A stretch of 64,000 bases of DNA from Methanomicrobiales archaeon (lineage in GTDB: Archaea > Halobacteriota > Methanomicrobia > Methanomicrobiales > JACTUA01): assembly GCA_015660865.1 (NCBI GenBank), contig JACTUA010000006.1:151777-215776 (forward strand), given 5' to 3'. A program made the translations under genes and the position numbers. Shown piece after piece: positions 9,534-19,424 of this stretch. A model generated the notes under the pieces. That model was not told the DNA's origin. It saw only the letters and a program-made list of their open reading frames with translations, and did no database searches. Within the stretch, counting starts at the first letter, position 1; each line of letters opens with the position of its first letter.

Positions 9534-10297
9534 TCTCTGTGGGGATCGACGCGGGTGCGGCCACGACGAAGGTGCTCCTGTTCCAGGACGGGGAGATCAT
9601 GGGGTACCGGATCGCCAGCACCGCGTTTGACTTCGTCACCGCGGCCGGGAAAATGTTCGAGGCGATCCTCGCAAGCTGTAATATCGGGAAAAAGGAGGTC
9701 GGGAACGTGTATGCTACGGGGTATGGCCGAAATTCCATTTCGTTCGCAGATAAATCGATAAGCGAGATTACAGCACACGCGAGGGGAGTATCATTTCTCT
9801 TTCCCGAGGTGCGGGGGATCATCGATGTGGGAGGGCAGGACTCCAAGGTCATCGCGATAGAGGACGGGAAAGTCGTGGAATTCCTCATGAACGATAAGTG
9901 CGCTGCAGGGACCGGGAAATTCCTGGAGTACACGGCAAAGGCGCTGGAGGTCCCGATCAACGACCTTGGCGAGCTCGCGCTCGCGTCCCGTCACCCTGCC
10001 GGCATTACCAGTATGTGCACGGTATTTGCAGAATCAGAGGTGATCTCGCTCCGGGCGAGGGGCATCACAAAGGAGGACATCGCGGCAGGCCTGATCGCGG
10101 GCATCGCGCAGCGGGTCGCGGTGATGGCGAAGCGGATGGGATTGAAGGAGGATGTCGCATTCGTCGGTGGAGTGGCGAAAAACGGTGGGATGAGGGCAGC
10201 ACTCGAGAAGGAGCTGGGTGTCACCCTTTACGTCCCTTTCGAACCTCAGATCACCGGGGCCCTGGGGGCTGCAATTGCCGCACAGGGAAACAGGTAA
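9530..10297 (+). CDS. CoA-substrate-specific enzyme activase (BcrAD/BadFG/HgdC-type ATPase)
   Basis: 255 aa with GIDAGAATTKV, GYGR, DVGGQDSKVI and the cluster-bridging motif NDKCAAGTGKFLE. Confidence 0.9.
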   Translation: MISVGIDAGAATTKVLLFQDGEIMGYRIASTAFDFVTAAGKMFEAILASCNIGKKEVGNVYATGYGRNSISFADKSISEITAHARGVSFLFPEVRGIIDVGGQDSKVIAIEDGKVVEFLMNDKCAAGTGKFLEYTAKALEVPINDLGELALASRHPAGITSMCTVFAESEVISLRARGITKEDIAAGLIAGIAQRVAVMAKRMGLKEDVAFVGGVAKNGGMRAALEKELGVTLYVPFEPQITGALGAAIAAQGNR

Positions 10298-10532
10298 CAC
10301 CCTGTTGACCCGTGATCACACCCGATCCGGTTGATATCGTGGCGGTTGGATAGGCCCATGCCATCTCCTGCAGGAAGAGACATAAATTTGTGACTTTTAA
10401 AAAAATTAACTTATGTTTCCTCGGTTCTCGTGCGTTCATGGGGCTCAAAGAAAATGACTTCTTCGTAATCGATACCTGTCTAATACTTAAGAAGTCCCGC
10501 AGATGCCCCAGAACCTCCCGGGAAACAAAGTA

Positions 10533-11141
10533 TCAAGGTGATATCTCCTCGTAATAGGCCAGGGATCCGCATCCCATGCAGGCGCCGTCCTCCAGGAGAT
10601 CTCCCGGGACCATCTCCCCGCAGCATGAGCAGAGGGCAGCCTCCCACTTCTCCTTCCCGGGCACCTTCACCCGCACCCGTTTGTGCGAGAGTATCCTCCT
10701 CCCTGCCCGGAAGATCTCGTCAAACAGGGGCCCCTCCTGCTCCCTCTTGTCAAAGCCCGGGGCGTTCGTGTACCATGCCCTGATCGCGGGGTACTCTGCC
10801 ACCTTGGCGGGGTCCACATAGACCCTGACTCCGTCGGAGGTCGGCCCTTCCGAAGGCCTATTCAGGGTCAGGGCGAACCGGCCGATGGGCAGGACCTGGA
10901 GGCCTTTGTTCCCGGCGGTGCAGCCGAGGATCACCTGGATCGGGTCAGGGGCGCACTTCCGGGTCTCGCAGACGGCATAGAGCCGTTCGCCGGGACTCGC
11001 TCCGAGAAGCTCGAGAGCATAGTCCACCATGAAGACCGATATGAGGATCCCCGGGGCCGGGTGGGTATGGAACCGGATGGATCGGGTCACATAATCCTGG
11101 ATCCTGGGGTCCACACCCAAGCGTTCCATGAGGGCAGTCAT
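10533..11141 (-). CDS. FmdE-domain protein (formylmethanofuran dehydrogenase subunit E-like)
   Basis: MTALMERLG...FHTHPAPGILISVFMVDYAL...CAPDPIQVILGCTAGN followed by a C-terminal zinc ribbon, CSCCGEMV...CMGCG. The 120-codon upstream extension in the track ORF is low-complexity and is rejected. Confidence 0.75.
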   Translation of the reverse strand: MTALMERLGVDPRIQDYVTRSIRFHTHPAPGILISVFMVDYALELLGASPGERLYAVCETRKCAPDPIQVILGCTAGNKGLQVLPIGRFALTLNRPSEGPTSDGVRVYVDPAKVAEYPAIRAWYTNAPGFDKREQEGPLFDEIFRAGRRILSHKRVRVKVPGKEKWEAALCSCCGEMVPGDLLEDGACMGCGSLAYYEEISP

Positions 11142-11457
11142 CTTCTCTTCCGTTGATCGGGAGGATGCCGGGGGCATGGAAAAGCATGGAACGGGCGAGA
11201 GGTTAACGATTTTCCTTTTCACCCGCGTGAGGGGAGGGGGCATGGTGCGCATCCCCCCGCTCCCCGACGGGGAGCGCAATGCCCTCCTGGAGGAGAAATG
11301 ATTATTATCGGTGGAATGCAAGAGAAGAAGAATGAACTTCAGACGTAAGTAAATTGATCCTCTATATATATCAGGAATGCTGTTAAGTTGAGGTGGTATA
11401 AAAATCGAAAAAAACAGCTCCCGGTAATGAACCTGGGAGCTTTTCGGGAGTGTTTCC

Positions 11458-13524
11458 ATGGGAGAAGCAAAACCACCTTCACTGAAATATGTCCCCACCA
11501 CGTGCCCGTACTGCGGCGTAGGGTGCGGGCTTAACCTGGTTGTCCAGGATGAGAAATTGGTCGGGGTTGAGCCCTACAGGCGGACCCCGGTGAACGAGGG
11601 CAAACTCTGCCCCAAGGGCGTATCCTGCTGGGAGTTCGTCCAGAGCCCGGACCGGCTGACAAAACCGCTGATCAGGAAGGGCGACAAGTTCGAGGAGGCC
11701 TCGTGGGATGAAGCACTCGACCTGATCGCAAAGAAGTTCAGGGAGACCTCCGAGAAGTTCGGGCCGAAATCCATGGGTTTCCAGGTCTCGTGCCGGACCC
11801 CCAATGAAGACTGCTATATCATGCAGAAATGGGCCCGGGTGGCCTTCAAGACGAACAACATCGACAACTGTGCGCGTATCTGCCACGGGCCGTCTGTTGC
11901 CGGTCTCTCCCTCTCTTTCGGGTCAGGAGCAGCGACCAACCCGTTCGAGGACGTCCTGAACTCCGATCTCATTCTCATCTGGGGCTCGAACGCTGTCGAG
12001 GCACACCCGCTTGCGGGGAGGCGCATCGCGCAGGCAAAAAAGAAGGGTATCCCGATCATCGTCATCGACCCGCGGTACAGCCCGACAGCGAGGCTTGCGG
12101 ATACCTGGCTCCGGTTCAACCCGTCCACCCATATCGCGCTCGCCAACTCCATGATGTACTGGATCATCAAGGAGGGCAAGCAAGACAAGGAGTTCATCGA
12201 GAAGCGGACGAAGGGTTTCGAGGATCTCAAGAAGACCGTGGAGAAGTATGCGGATGTCGAATCCATCACCGGAGTGCCAACCGAGAAGGTCAAGGAGATC
12301 GCCTCCAAGTATGCCGCTGCAAAGAACGCGGTGATCATCTACTGCCTCGGTATCACCGAACTGACGACCGGTACCGATAATGTCAGGTCGCTGGGCAACC
12401 TGTCGATGCTCTGCGGCAATATCGGTCGTCCAGGTGTTGGCGTAAACCCACTCCGCGGCCAGAACAACGTGCAGGGTGCCTGTGATATGGGCGCGTACCC
12501 GAACGTCTACTCCGGGTACCAGAAGTGCGAGGTCCCGGAGAACCGGGCGAAGATGGAGAAGGCGTGGGGCATTACCGGCCTTCCTGACTGGTACGGCGTT
12601 ACCCTGACCGAGCAGATCAACCAGTGCGGCGATCCCATCAAGGCGATGTATATCCTCGGCCTGAACCCGGTCGTGTCCTACCCCGACTCGAACCACGTGA
12701 TGCGGTCGCTTGACAAACTCGACTTCCTCGTCATCCAGGACATCTTCTGGACAGAGAGCTGCGAGTATGCGGATGTCGTGCTCCCGGGCGCCTGTTTCGC
12801 CGAGAAGGACGGGACGTTCACCTCAGGCGAGCGCCGGATCAACCGGGTCCGCAAGGCCGTCGACCCGCCCGGCGAAGCGAAGGCCGACTGGGAGGTCTTT
12901 GTCCTCCTCGCGAAGAAGATGGGTCTCAAGGGCTTTGACTTCAAGTCCGCCGAGGACGTCTGGAACGACATGCGGGCATGCACCCCGTCGATGTTCGGGG
13001 CGATCTATGCCAAGATGGAGAAACCGGAATCCGTCCACTGGCCCTGCCCGACCGAGGAGCACCCGGGGACGCCGATCCTGCACAAGGAGAAGTTCTCGGC
13101 TCCCGATGGCCTCGGCACCTTCTTCGGGATCGAGTACCGGCCACCGGCAGAGGTGGCGGATGCCGAATACCCGTTCACGCTCATGACCGGACGGCTGATT
13201 TTCCATTACCATACCCGTACCCAGACCGACCGTTGTGCGACGTTGCATTACGAGGTGCCCGAGTCCTACATCCAGATCAACACGGAAGACGCCCGCCAGC
13301 TCAACATCCAGCACGGCGAAAGGATAAAGGTGGCCAGCCGGCGTGGCGAGATCACGACGCTTGCCCGCGTGACTGATGACGTCGCTCCAAAAGTGCTGTA
13401 CATGTCAATGCACTTCGACAAGGGAGCAAACACCCTCACCAACACGGCGCTGGACCCGATGTCCAAGATGCCGGAGCTGAAGCACTGTGCCATAAAGGTC
13501 GAGAAGATCCAGGAGGCGAGCTAG
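11458..13524 (+). CDS. fdhA: Formate dehydrogenase alpha subunit (molybdo/tungstopterin, Cys-type active site)
   Basis: 688 aa with the N-terminal FeS motif CPYCGVGCG...CPKG and the active-site stretch NCARICHGPSVAGL, which has Cys where selenoproteins carry Sec. The stop is directly followed by the fdhB ATG. Confidence 0.92.
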   Translation: MGEAKPPSLKYVPTTCPYCGVGCGLNLVVQDEKLVGVEPYRRTPVNEGKLCPKGVSCWEFVQSPDRLTKPLIRKGDKFEEASWDEALDLIAKKFRETSEKFGPKSMGFQVSCRTPNEDCYIMQKWARVAFKTNNIDNCARICHGPSVAGLSLSFGSGAATNPFEDVLNSDLILIWGSNAVEAHPLAGRRIAQAKKKGIPIIVIDPRYSPTARLADTWLRFNPSTHIALANSMMYWIIKEGKQDKEFIEKRTKGFEDLKKTVEKYADVESITGVPTEKVKEIASKYAAAKNAVIIYCLGITELTTGTDNVRSLGNLSMLCGNIGRPGVGVNPLRGQNNVQGACDMGAYPNVYSGYQKCEVPENRAKMEKAWGITGLPDWYGVTLTEQINQCGDPIKAMYILGLNPVVSYPDSNHVMRSLDKLDFLVIQDIFWTESCEYADVVLPGACFAEKDGTFTSGERRINRVRKAVDPPGEAKADWEVFVLLAKKMGLKGFDFKSAEDVWNDMRACTPSMFGAIYAKMEKPESVHWPCPTEEHPGTPILHKEKFSAPDGLGTFFGIEYRPPAEVADAEYPFTLMTGRLIFHYHTRTQTDRCATLHYEVPESYIQINTEDARQLNIQHGERIKVASRRGEITTLARVTDDVAPKVLYMSMHFDKGANTLTNTALDPMSKMPELKHCAIKVEKIQEAS

Positions 13525-14763
13525 ATGGCGGCAAAGGGCGAGATGTTCTACGCCTGGACGACCAACAAGGGCCTCGCAGAGAAGGCCGAGTGCGGGGGGG
13601 CGGTGACGGGCCTCCTGAAGTATGCCCTGGAGAACAAGATCGTCGACGCCGTCCTCGCCGTGAAGAAGGGGAAGGATCTCTACGACGCAGTCCCCACAAT
13701 CATCACCGACCCCAAGGACATGGACCAGACCGCCGGATCCCTCCACTGCGGCACCCTGCTCATGTCCAAGCTCGTCAAGAAGTACTTCAACGGCGCGAAT
13801 ACCATGAAGCTCGGGATCACCATCAAGGGCTGCGATGCGATGGGCCTCTACGAGCTCGCCAAGCGCAAGCAGGTGAACCTTGACAACCTGGTCATGATCG
13901 GGGTGAACTGCGGGGGTTCTGTGTCCCCTGTCCCGGCACGGAAGATGATCGCCGAGAAGTTCGGGGTCGACCCGGACAAGGTCCACAAGGAGGAGATCGA
14001 CAAGGGGCAGTTCATCATCGAGTACGAGGGTGGCCACAAGGGCATCTCCATGGACGAGCTCGAGGAACATGGCTTTGGTCGGAGGACCAACTGCCGCCGG
14101 TGCAAGATGAAGGTACCCCGCCAGGCCGATATCGCGTGCGGCAACTGGGGTGTCATCGGTGAGAAGGCCGGGAAGGCCACCTTCGTCGAGATCTGCAGCG
14201 AGAAGGGCGCGGACCTCTTCAACAGGGCCGTCCAGTCGGGCGCCCTCCAGGCCGAGAAGGCCCCCGATGCCGGGATAGCGGTGCGGGGGAAGGTAGAGAA
14301 GGCAATGTTCAAGCTCGCCGACAAGTGGCGTGAGAAGGACTTCAAGGGCCTGGGGGAGGGAGCAGCACGGCTCAAGACCATCATGGTGGACACCTCCCGG
14401 TGCATCAAGTGCTACTCGTGCATCGACCAGTGCCCGATCTGCTATTGCGTCGAGTGCAGCACGAAGAAGCCGTACCTGGTTCCGCCGGGCGAGCTGCCCG
14501 TTCCCTTCATGTTCCACATGATCCGGTTTGTCCATATATCAGATTCATGCGTCAACTGTGGTCAGTGCGAAGAGGCATGCCCCATGGAGATCAGGAACTC
14601 CCTGTACATGCATGCCCTCCAGTCGGATCTCGAGAAGATGTTCGGGCATGTGCCGGGGGTCGACATGTCCCTGCCGGTCCTCGCCCTTGTCGAGGAACCG
14701 ACCGAGCGGGCACGGCTCTCGTCAACCGGGAGCGACCAGATCTATGATATATTCAAGAAGTAG
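13525..14763 (+). CDS. fdhB: Formate dehydrogenase beta subunit (F420-reducing FdhB/FrhB family)
   Basis: 412 aa. The N-terminus is FrhB-like (AECGGAVTGLLKYAL), and the C-terminus has two ferredoxin motifs (CIKCYSCIDQCP, CVNCGQCEEACP). Confidence 0.9.
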   Translation: MAAKGEMFYAWTTNKGLAEKAECGGAVTGLLKYALENKIVDAVLAVKKGKDLYDAVPTIITDPKDMDQTAGSLHCGTLLMSKLVKKYFNGANTMKLGITIKGCDAMGLYELAKRKQVNLDNLVMIGVNCGGSVSPVPARKMIAEKFGVDPDKVHKEEIDKGQFIIEYEGGHKGISMDELEEHGFGRRTNCRRCKMKVPRQADIACGNWGVIGEKAGKATFVEICSEKGADLFNRAVQSGALQAEKAPDAGIAVRGKVEKAMFKLADKWREKDFKGLGEGAARLKTIMVDTSRCIKCYSCIDQCPICYCVECSTKKPYLVPPGELPVPFMFHMIRFVHISDSCVNCGQCEEACPMEIRNSLYMHALQSDLEKMFGHVPGVDMSLPVLALVEEPTERARLSSTGSDQIYDIFKK

Positions 14764-14808
14764 GGCTTACGCCCTCCTTCTTTCGACTCGCCCTTCGGGC
14801 TCGTATTC

Positions 14809-14829
14809 AAAAAATAATCCTTGTTTTTT
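14809..14829. terminator. Putative bidirectional oligo-T terminator between convergent fdhB and moeA
   Basis: The sequence is aaaaaataatccttgtttttt. T6 lies on the plus strand after fdhB, and A6 (T6 on the minus strand) lies after moeA. Archaeal termination typically uses oligo-T tracts. Confidence 0.4.
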
Positions 14830-14850
14830 CGATATCCCCTGATGTGGGGC

Positions 14851-16758
14851 CTACGTTGCAGGCTCCCTGTGAATATCGATCCCTGATCCGGGGAGGGTGA
14901 GGTTCCGGACTCGCCCTGTCTGCGACGTGTCATACCCACCGGATTGTGCAAGCCTCTGTTTAAAGTCAGGAGAGTTTATGAGCGTCACGAGGGCACCGAG
15001 CCTCGGGTCCTCAAGCATTTCCCTCCGGATGGCCAGCTCGTAGTCCTCCCAGGCAAACGGCATGAAGTGGAGGCCGGCCGCCCCTGCCACCCGTGATGTG
15101 CAGAGGGTGGCATCTGCGAGATCAGCCCTGATGGCTGCGGCTGCAGCCTGGGGGGTGGCGATCTGGTGAAGACCGCGATCGATACGGACGGGCTCGACGC
15201 CGCGGGAGCTGAGAACAATATCAAAGATCAGGGAGGTGGCAGAATCTTGGTTCGTGTTCACATAGCGCATTCCTGCCAGGTCTCCCAGGGTCAGCCCCTC
15301 ACGCGAGGCGATCCCCTGCCCGATTGTGGCGATATGGACAAAGACGAGGCCAGCGGACGGGAGGTGCTGGACGAGGGACGGGCAGACGGGGAGGATGGAG
15401 AGGGGAGGGAGGCTCAGGGGAGCTGCATGGCAGGAACCGCGTTTCAGAGCGAGGAGGGCGCCCATGTTCCCTGCATTGCTCGTGTGGAGAAAGAGCCCCC
15501 GGCTCCGGGCAAGATCTGCCAGCTCCTCGAGGGCAGGGTCGAGGCTCCCTGCGAGGAGAAGGGTACGTTCGATACTTCCAGGATCGGTGGTCAGGCAGGC
15601 ATCGAGCTCCTGGCAGGCCTCGTATCCCTCCACCAGTGCCGTGATATGGACATACCCATTCGCCTTGATCGTCGCCATCTGGACGGCTGATCCCCGGGAA
15701 TGAGGGATGCCCCAGTAATCCTCGCCGATGCGCCCGATCGAGACCGGGACGAATTCATCGAACCCGAGGTCCGAGGTGAGGGACTGGGAGAGCTTCACCT
15801 GCACCGTGTGCCGGGGTGCCGGCGGCAGGCCCCAGGACTCGAGGAGCGGCCCGGCTAACTCACGGAGGGTGGTCTGGGCGGCGAGAGGGTACCCGGGAAG
15901 CCCGAGGACCGGCCGGCCCTGGATCCTCCCGAGCATCGCCGGTTTTCCCGGCTTCACCGCAATGCCATGGAAGATCAGCTCACCGAGGGAACCGATGACC
16001 GTGGCGGTGAAATCCCGGGTTCCGGCCGAGGAACCCGCAGAGATGACGACCAGGTCGTTGGACTCCACTGCCTGCGCGAGGGTATCACGGATCAGCCCGG
16101 GGTCGTCGGGCACGATGGAGTACCGGGTGCAGGAGGCGCCCATTGCGGTGAGAAACACCTCTGCCATGATGGTGTTGCTCTCCACCACCTGCCCTGGCCC
16201 GGGTCGGACACCGAGGGGGACCAGCTCGCTTCCCGTGGGGATGATCCCGACCCTGACCGACCGGACTTCCACCTGCGTGATCCCGTAAGTTGCGAGGGCC
16301 CCGATGTCAAACGCCCTGATCACATGGCCCCTGGGGAGGACCAGCTGGTTCTCCCGGATGTCTTCCCCTGCTGGTCGTACGTACTGCCAGGGAGCGACCG
16401 GTCTCCGGACCTGGAACCGGCCCCCCTGCTCCCAGGTCTCCTCGATCATGACCACGGCGTCGAATCCGGGCGGTATGACATTTCCGGTGTTCACCCGTAC
16501 TGCATCCTCAAGGGTTACGGGCGCCTGCTCCCGGGCGCCGGCTGTGTCCCGGCTCCTCACCGCGATGCCATCCATGGCAGCGATATTCACCTCGGGGACG
16601 GAGTATCCCGCATGGACAGGTGCTGCGACGACACGCCCCAAGGACTGCAACAGGGGGATCGTCTCCGTCCTCCCGGGCGCCGGAAAAGAGGTTTTCATGA
16701 GATGGAGGGCTTCTTCCAGGGAGATGAGAGAGAGATAGCGCTTCACCATAAAGAACAA
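14851..16758 (-). CDS. moeA: Molybdopterin molybdenumtransferase MoeA fused to a C-terminal periplasmic-binding-protein-like domain
   Basis: 635 aa. The MoeA N-terminus reads SLEEALHLM...VPEVNIAAMDGIAVRS...PGQVVESN...VVISAGSSAGTRDF. A ~200-aa PBP-like tail follows. The start may be the ATG at 16749. Confidence 0.85.
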   Translation of the reverse strand: MFFMVKRYLSLISLEEALHLMKTSFPAPGRTETIPLLQSLGRVVAAPVHAGYSVPEVNIAAMDGIAVRSRDTAGAREQAPVTLEDAVRVNTGNVIPPGFDAVVMIEETWEQGGRFQVRRPVAPWQYVRPAGEDIRENQLVLPRGHVIRAFDIGALATYGITQVEVRSVRVGIIPTGSELVPLGVRPGPGQVVESNTIMAEVFLTAMGASCTRYSIVPDDPGLIRDTLAQAVESNDLVVISAGSSAGTRDFTATVIGSLGELIFHGIAVKPGKPAMLGRIQGRPVLGLPGYPLAAQTTLRELAGPLLESWGLPPAPRHTVQVKLSQSLTSDLGFDEFVPVSIGRIGEDYWGIPHSRGSAVQMATIKANGYVHITALVEGYEACQELDACLTTDPGSIERTLLLAGSLDPALEELADLARSRGLFLHTSNAGNMGALLALKRGSCHAAPLSLPPLSILPVCPSLVQHLPSAGLVFVHIATIGQGIASREGLTLGDLAGMRYVNTNQDSATSLIFDIVLSSRGVEPVRIDRGLHQIATPQAAAAAIRADLADATLCTSRVAGAAGLHFMPFAWEDYELAIRREMLEDPRLGALVTLINSPDFKQRLAQSGGYDTSQTGRVRNLTLPGSGIDIHREPAT

Positions 16759-16922
16759 GCCTTGTGCATTGAATCAACTTGACGGCAATCGGGTAAGGTC
16801 ATCATCATTCTCTCGATAAGGATAGTTATCAATAGATCATTGTTTTTATTATGTTTTAAAGTATTTCTGTTTAATTCCAGCTGAATATATCTTCTTCCCG
16901 GCCAGGCCCCCCATCACCTCCA

Positions 16923-18164
16923 TCAGAAGAAGAGTATCCTCTGATGATTCGCCCGAACACCCTTTGGTGGATTGAAGAGGATCTCCCCCAGTTCCTTGAT
17001 GCCGATCTCGAAGACTGCTTCGAGTTTTGGATTTTTCTGCACCCCTCTCTGGTGGAATGATGGGTAGAATGCGAAGAGCTGGATATTGTTGCTCTCTGCT
17101 GCAGCATTGATCACGTCCTGGATATTGAAAAAGGAGGCCTCCCCTTCCGTGATATGGGTGCCGGTAAGGGCATAGATCCCATCCTCCAGAAAGACAATCC
17201 GGGTCTCGATCCCACGGTGTGCGCATGCGATGGCAAGGGAGAGGCCCCCGGAGGTGTTCTCGGTATCATAAGGACTCCCGGTGATGAGTATGACTATCGG
17301 GGGAGATTCGCTCCCTCTTGATAGCCAGTCCTCAGGATGGATCTTCTGCTCTTTCCTGATCCGTACGGAAGATACCGATTCACCAAGGATGATATGATTG
17401 AGTGCAAACCGGTCCACGATTGCCCTGAGATCCCTGATCTTGAAGGGTTTGATGCTGCAGGTCGATATCACAACACCGTTTCCATCGTCCCAGGCAGCAT
17501 AACCCCGTGCTTTTGCGCAGGCTTCGCTGGCAAGGATGAGGAACTGGAGTCCTCTCTCCCGGGCTGATTCTTTGAGATCCTCGAATCCCTGGCCGATGTT
17601 TTCGGATCCAGTCGGTCTCTGGTTTCTATGCCCGGTATGCACTCCGTCGAGATAGGCATACAGTTCCACCGATAGCTTTTCTTCGAGTGCGGCCCGAAGG
17701 CATGAGATTGCGTACAGGGAGGGACGATTCATATAAGGTGATTTCAGGTGAAGGTACCCGATAGTACCTGATCCAGGCTCATTTTTCCTGAACGCTCCCA
17801 CAACCTCTCTCCAGAAAGAGAGCGGATGGCTCTTATGCCCACCGACCTGATCAACAATTTGTCCGGGATATTTCATCTTCAATGGTTCCAGAGACAGGCC
17901 CCGGAGATCAAGCTCCTCCCGGTCGATGACGATCCTCGTGGACGGAAGCAAGAGGATGATCTCCCAGACAAGGAGAACCGACTTGTCAACGAGACTGTAG
18001 AGTGCATCCCCGGTGATAAAAAAGATAAACGCGGTCTCCCCGTCTGTGGCAGGACGGAGAAATGCTTCAGGCGCGAGCGTCACGTAGAAGAATTTGAGAC
18101 AATCAACCAACCAGGAGAGACGTTCACGGGAGACGGGGCCGGCCAGCAGGAAATAGGATGCCAT
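16923..18164 (-). CDS. Three-domain DsrE/DsrF/DsrH (TusBCD)-like fusion protein
   Basis: 413 aa with three DsrE-fold-like segments. The N-terminal segment is AFIFFITGDALYSL...RIVIDREELDLRGL. The middle segment is VELYAYLDGVHTG...LQFLILASEACAKARGY, whose Cys sits at the position of the TusD/DsrE active Cys. The C-terminal segment is PIVILITGSPYD...IVFLEDGIYALTG...IQLFAFYPSFHQRGV. The gene is visibly AT-richer than its neighbours. Confidence 0.6.
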   Translation of the reverse strand: MASYFLLAGPVSRERLSWLVDCLKFFYVTLAPEAFLRPATDGETAFIFFITGDALYSLVDKSVLLVWEIILLLPSTRIVIDREELDLRGLSLEPLKMKYPGQIVDQVGGHKSHPLSFWREVVGAFRKNEPGSGTIGYLHLKSPYMNRPSLYAISCLRAALEEKLSVELYAYLDGVHTGHRNQRPTGSENIGQGFEDLKESARERGLQFLILASEACAKARGYAAWDDGNGVVISTCSIKPFKIRDLRAIVDRFALNHIILGESVSSVRIRKEQKIHPEDWLSRGSESPPIVILITGSPYDTENTSGGLSLAIACAHRGIETRIVFLEDGIYALTGTHITEGEASFFNIQDVINAAAESNNIQLFAFYPSFHQRGVQKNPKLEAVFEIGIKELGEILFNPPKGVRANHQRILFF

Positions 18165-18619
18165 GATGATTCGCCTGTTTCCGGATTTTGCGGGTCTCCC
18201 GTTTTAATCCTTCAATTTTTGACTCATTACACGCGTTCAGGGACCCGTTGCCGGTACGAATGGGTGGTTGAGAGCCACATAAATAAGTTCTTTTTCTTTT
18301 TAAGAGTGCAGAGAATATCCATGTTCCGGGGCAGCAGATGCAGGCATGGAATTCATCATTGCAGTTCGGCCGACTACGTGCCGGGAGCATTCAGAACATG
18401 AATGCAAAAGGTAATTGGAAATGAGAGAGCATGGGATCGGTTGAGAACGCACCGTCAGAGGAATCCTCTTTCTTTTTCACAGGTTAATGATCTATCTGAC
18501 AAGAAAAATTATGTTAATGAACAGGGTTTAACCAACTTCTGAATTGATAAGCTTTAAATTTAACTACAATAACATTTCCTCATAATATACTGAATTCAGC
18601 ACATCTGTTGGGGATTCCC

Positions 18620-18874
18620 ATGGCGTTTGCAGTACATGTCAGCATGGAACGATGCACAGGCTGCGGCAACTGCGTTGCCGCGTGCCCGGTCAATGCCCTC
18701 GAGCTCTACTCGCTCGATCCGGTGACCAACCAGAAGATCTACGCCATTCGTGACGGATTGTCCATCAACCTTGACCTCAAGGCAGAGCTCTGTGCAGGCT
18801 GTGGCGTGTGTATCGAGGCTTGCGCCATGGACGTGATCAGCCTCTCCGTCAGGCAAGGAACGGCGCTGACCTGA
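18620..18874 (+). CDS. 2x[4Fe-4S] ferredoxin, FwdG-like first gene of the fwd operon
   Basis: The two motifs are CTGCGNCVAACP and CAGCGVCIEACA. The ATG at 18620 is preferred over the TTG at 18608. A TATA-like sequence, ctttaaattt, lies about 60 bp upstream. Confidence 0.7.
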   Translation: MAFAVHVSMERCTGCGNCVAACPVNALELYSLDPVTNQKIYAIRDGLSINLDLKAELCAGCGVCIEACAMDVISLSVRQGTALT

Positions 18875-19009
18875 CCGTGAAGAGGGACTCGTTGATGTCG
18901 AATCGGGTGCGGGGGTCCTACGGCACCTGGAAGGAGATCTCGTATGTTAATCCGTCGATTGGTGACAAAGATGCGTGTCGAGACAGGAATTAGCCCTGTG
19001 AGGTGACTT

Positions 19010-19423
19010 GTGACAGAAAAGATCGTGTTGAACATGATTACCCAGCGGTCAATCGAAGAAGGCGTGGCCATGGAGAAAGGGAAGACCACTCCGGAGTACT
19101 TCGAGGCCTGCTCGGTTGTTGAGATGAACCCCGAAGACATGAAGGCGCTTGGCATCTGGAGGAACACAAACGTCCGGGTGACGAGCGAGGTCGGGAGTGT
19201 CATCGTGAAAGCGATTGAACCAACCCAGTACTGCCCCCCGGGTCTCGCCCATATCCGCCAGGGCGTCTGGGCAAACCAGGTCGTGCCACCGCGGACCCAG
19301 TCTACCGGGGTTCCCCAGTACAGCGGTTTCCCGGTAACCATCGAGCCCGTGCCCAGCGAGAAGAGGAAAGGCGCCCTCGAGCTGGTCCAGGGGGCGGTCG
19401 GGTTGTGGAGAGGAGGGAAGTAA
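19010..19423 (+). CDS. fwdD: Formylmethanofuran dehydrogenase subunit D
   Basis: 137 aa with a GTG start. It has a molybdopterin-dinucleotide-binding beta-barrel pattern (EMNPEDMKALGIWRNTNVRVTSEVGSVIVKA) and lies immediately upstream of fwdB. Confidence 0.85.
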   Translation: MTEKIVLNMITQRSIEEGVAMEKGKTTPEYFEACSVVEMNPEDMKALGIWRNTNVRVTSEVGSVIVKAIEPTQYCPPGLAHIRQGVWANQVVPPRTQSTGVPQYSGFPVTIEPVPSEKRKGALELVQGAVGLWRGGK

Positions 19424-19424
19424 A

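Noticed and set aside
13405-14535. 376-aa minus-strand ORF.
   Set aside because: It is antisense to fdhB and the end of fdhA. It has no motifs and an Arg/Leu/Gly/Asp-rich composition.
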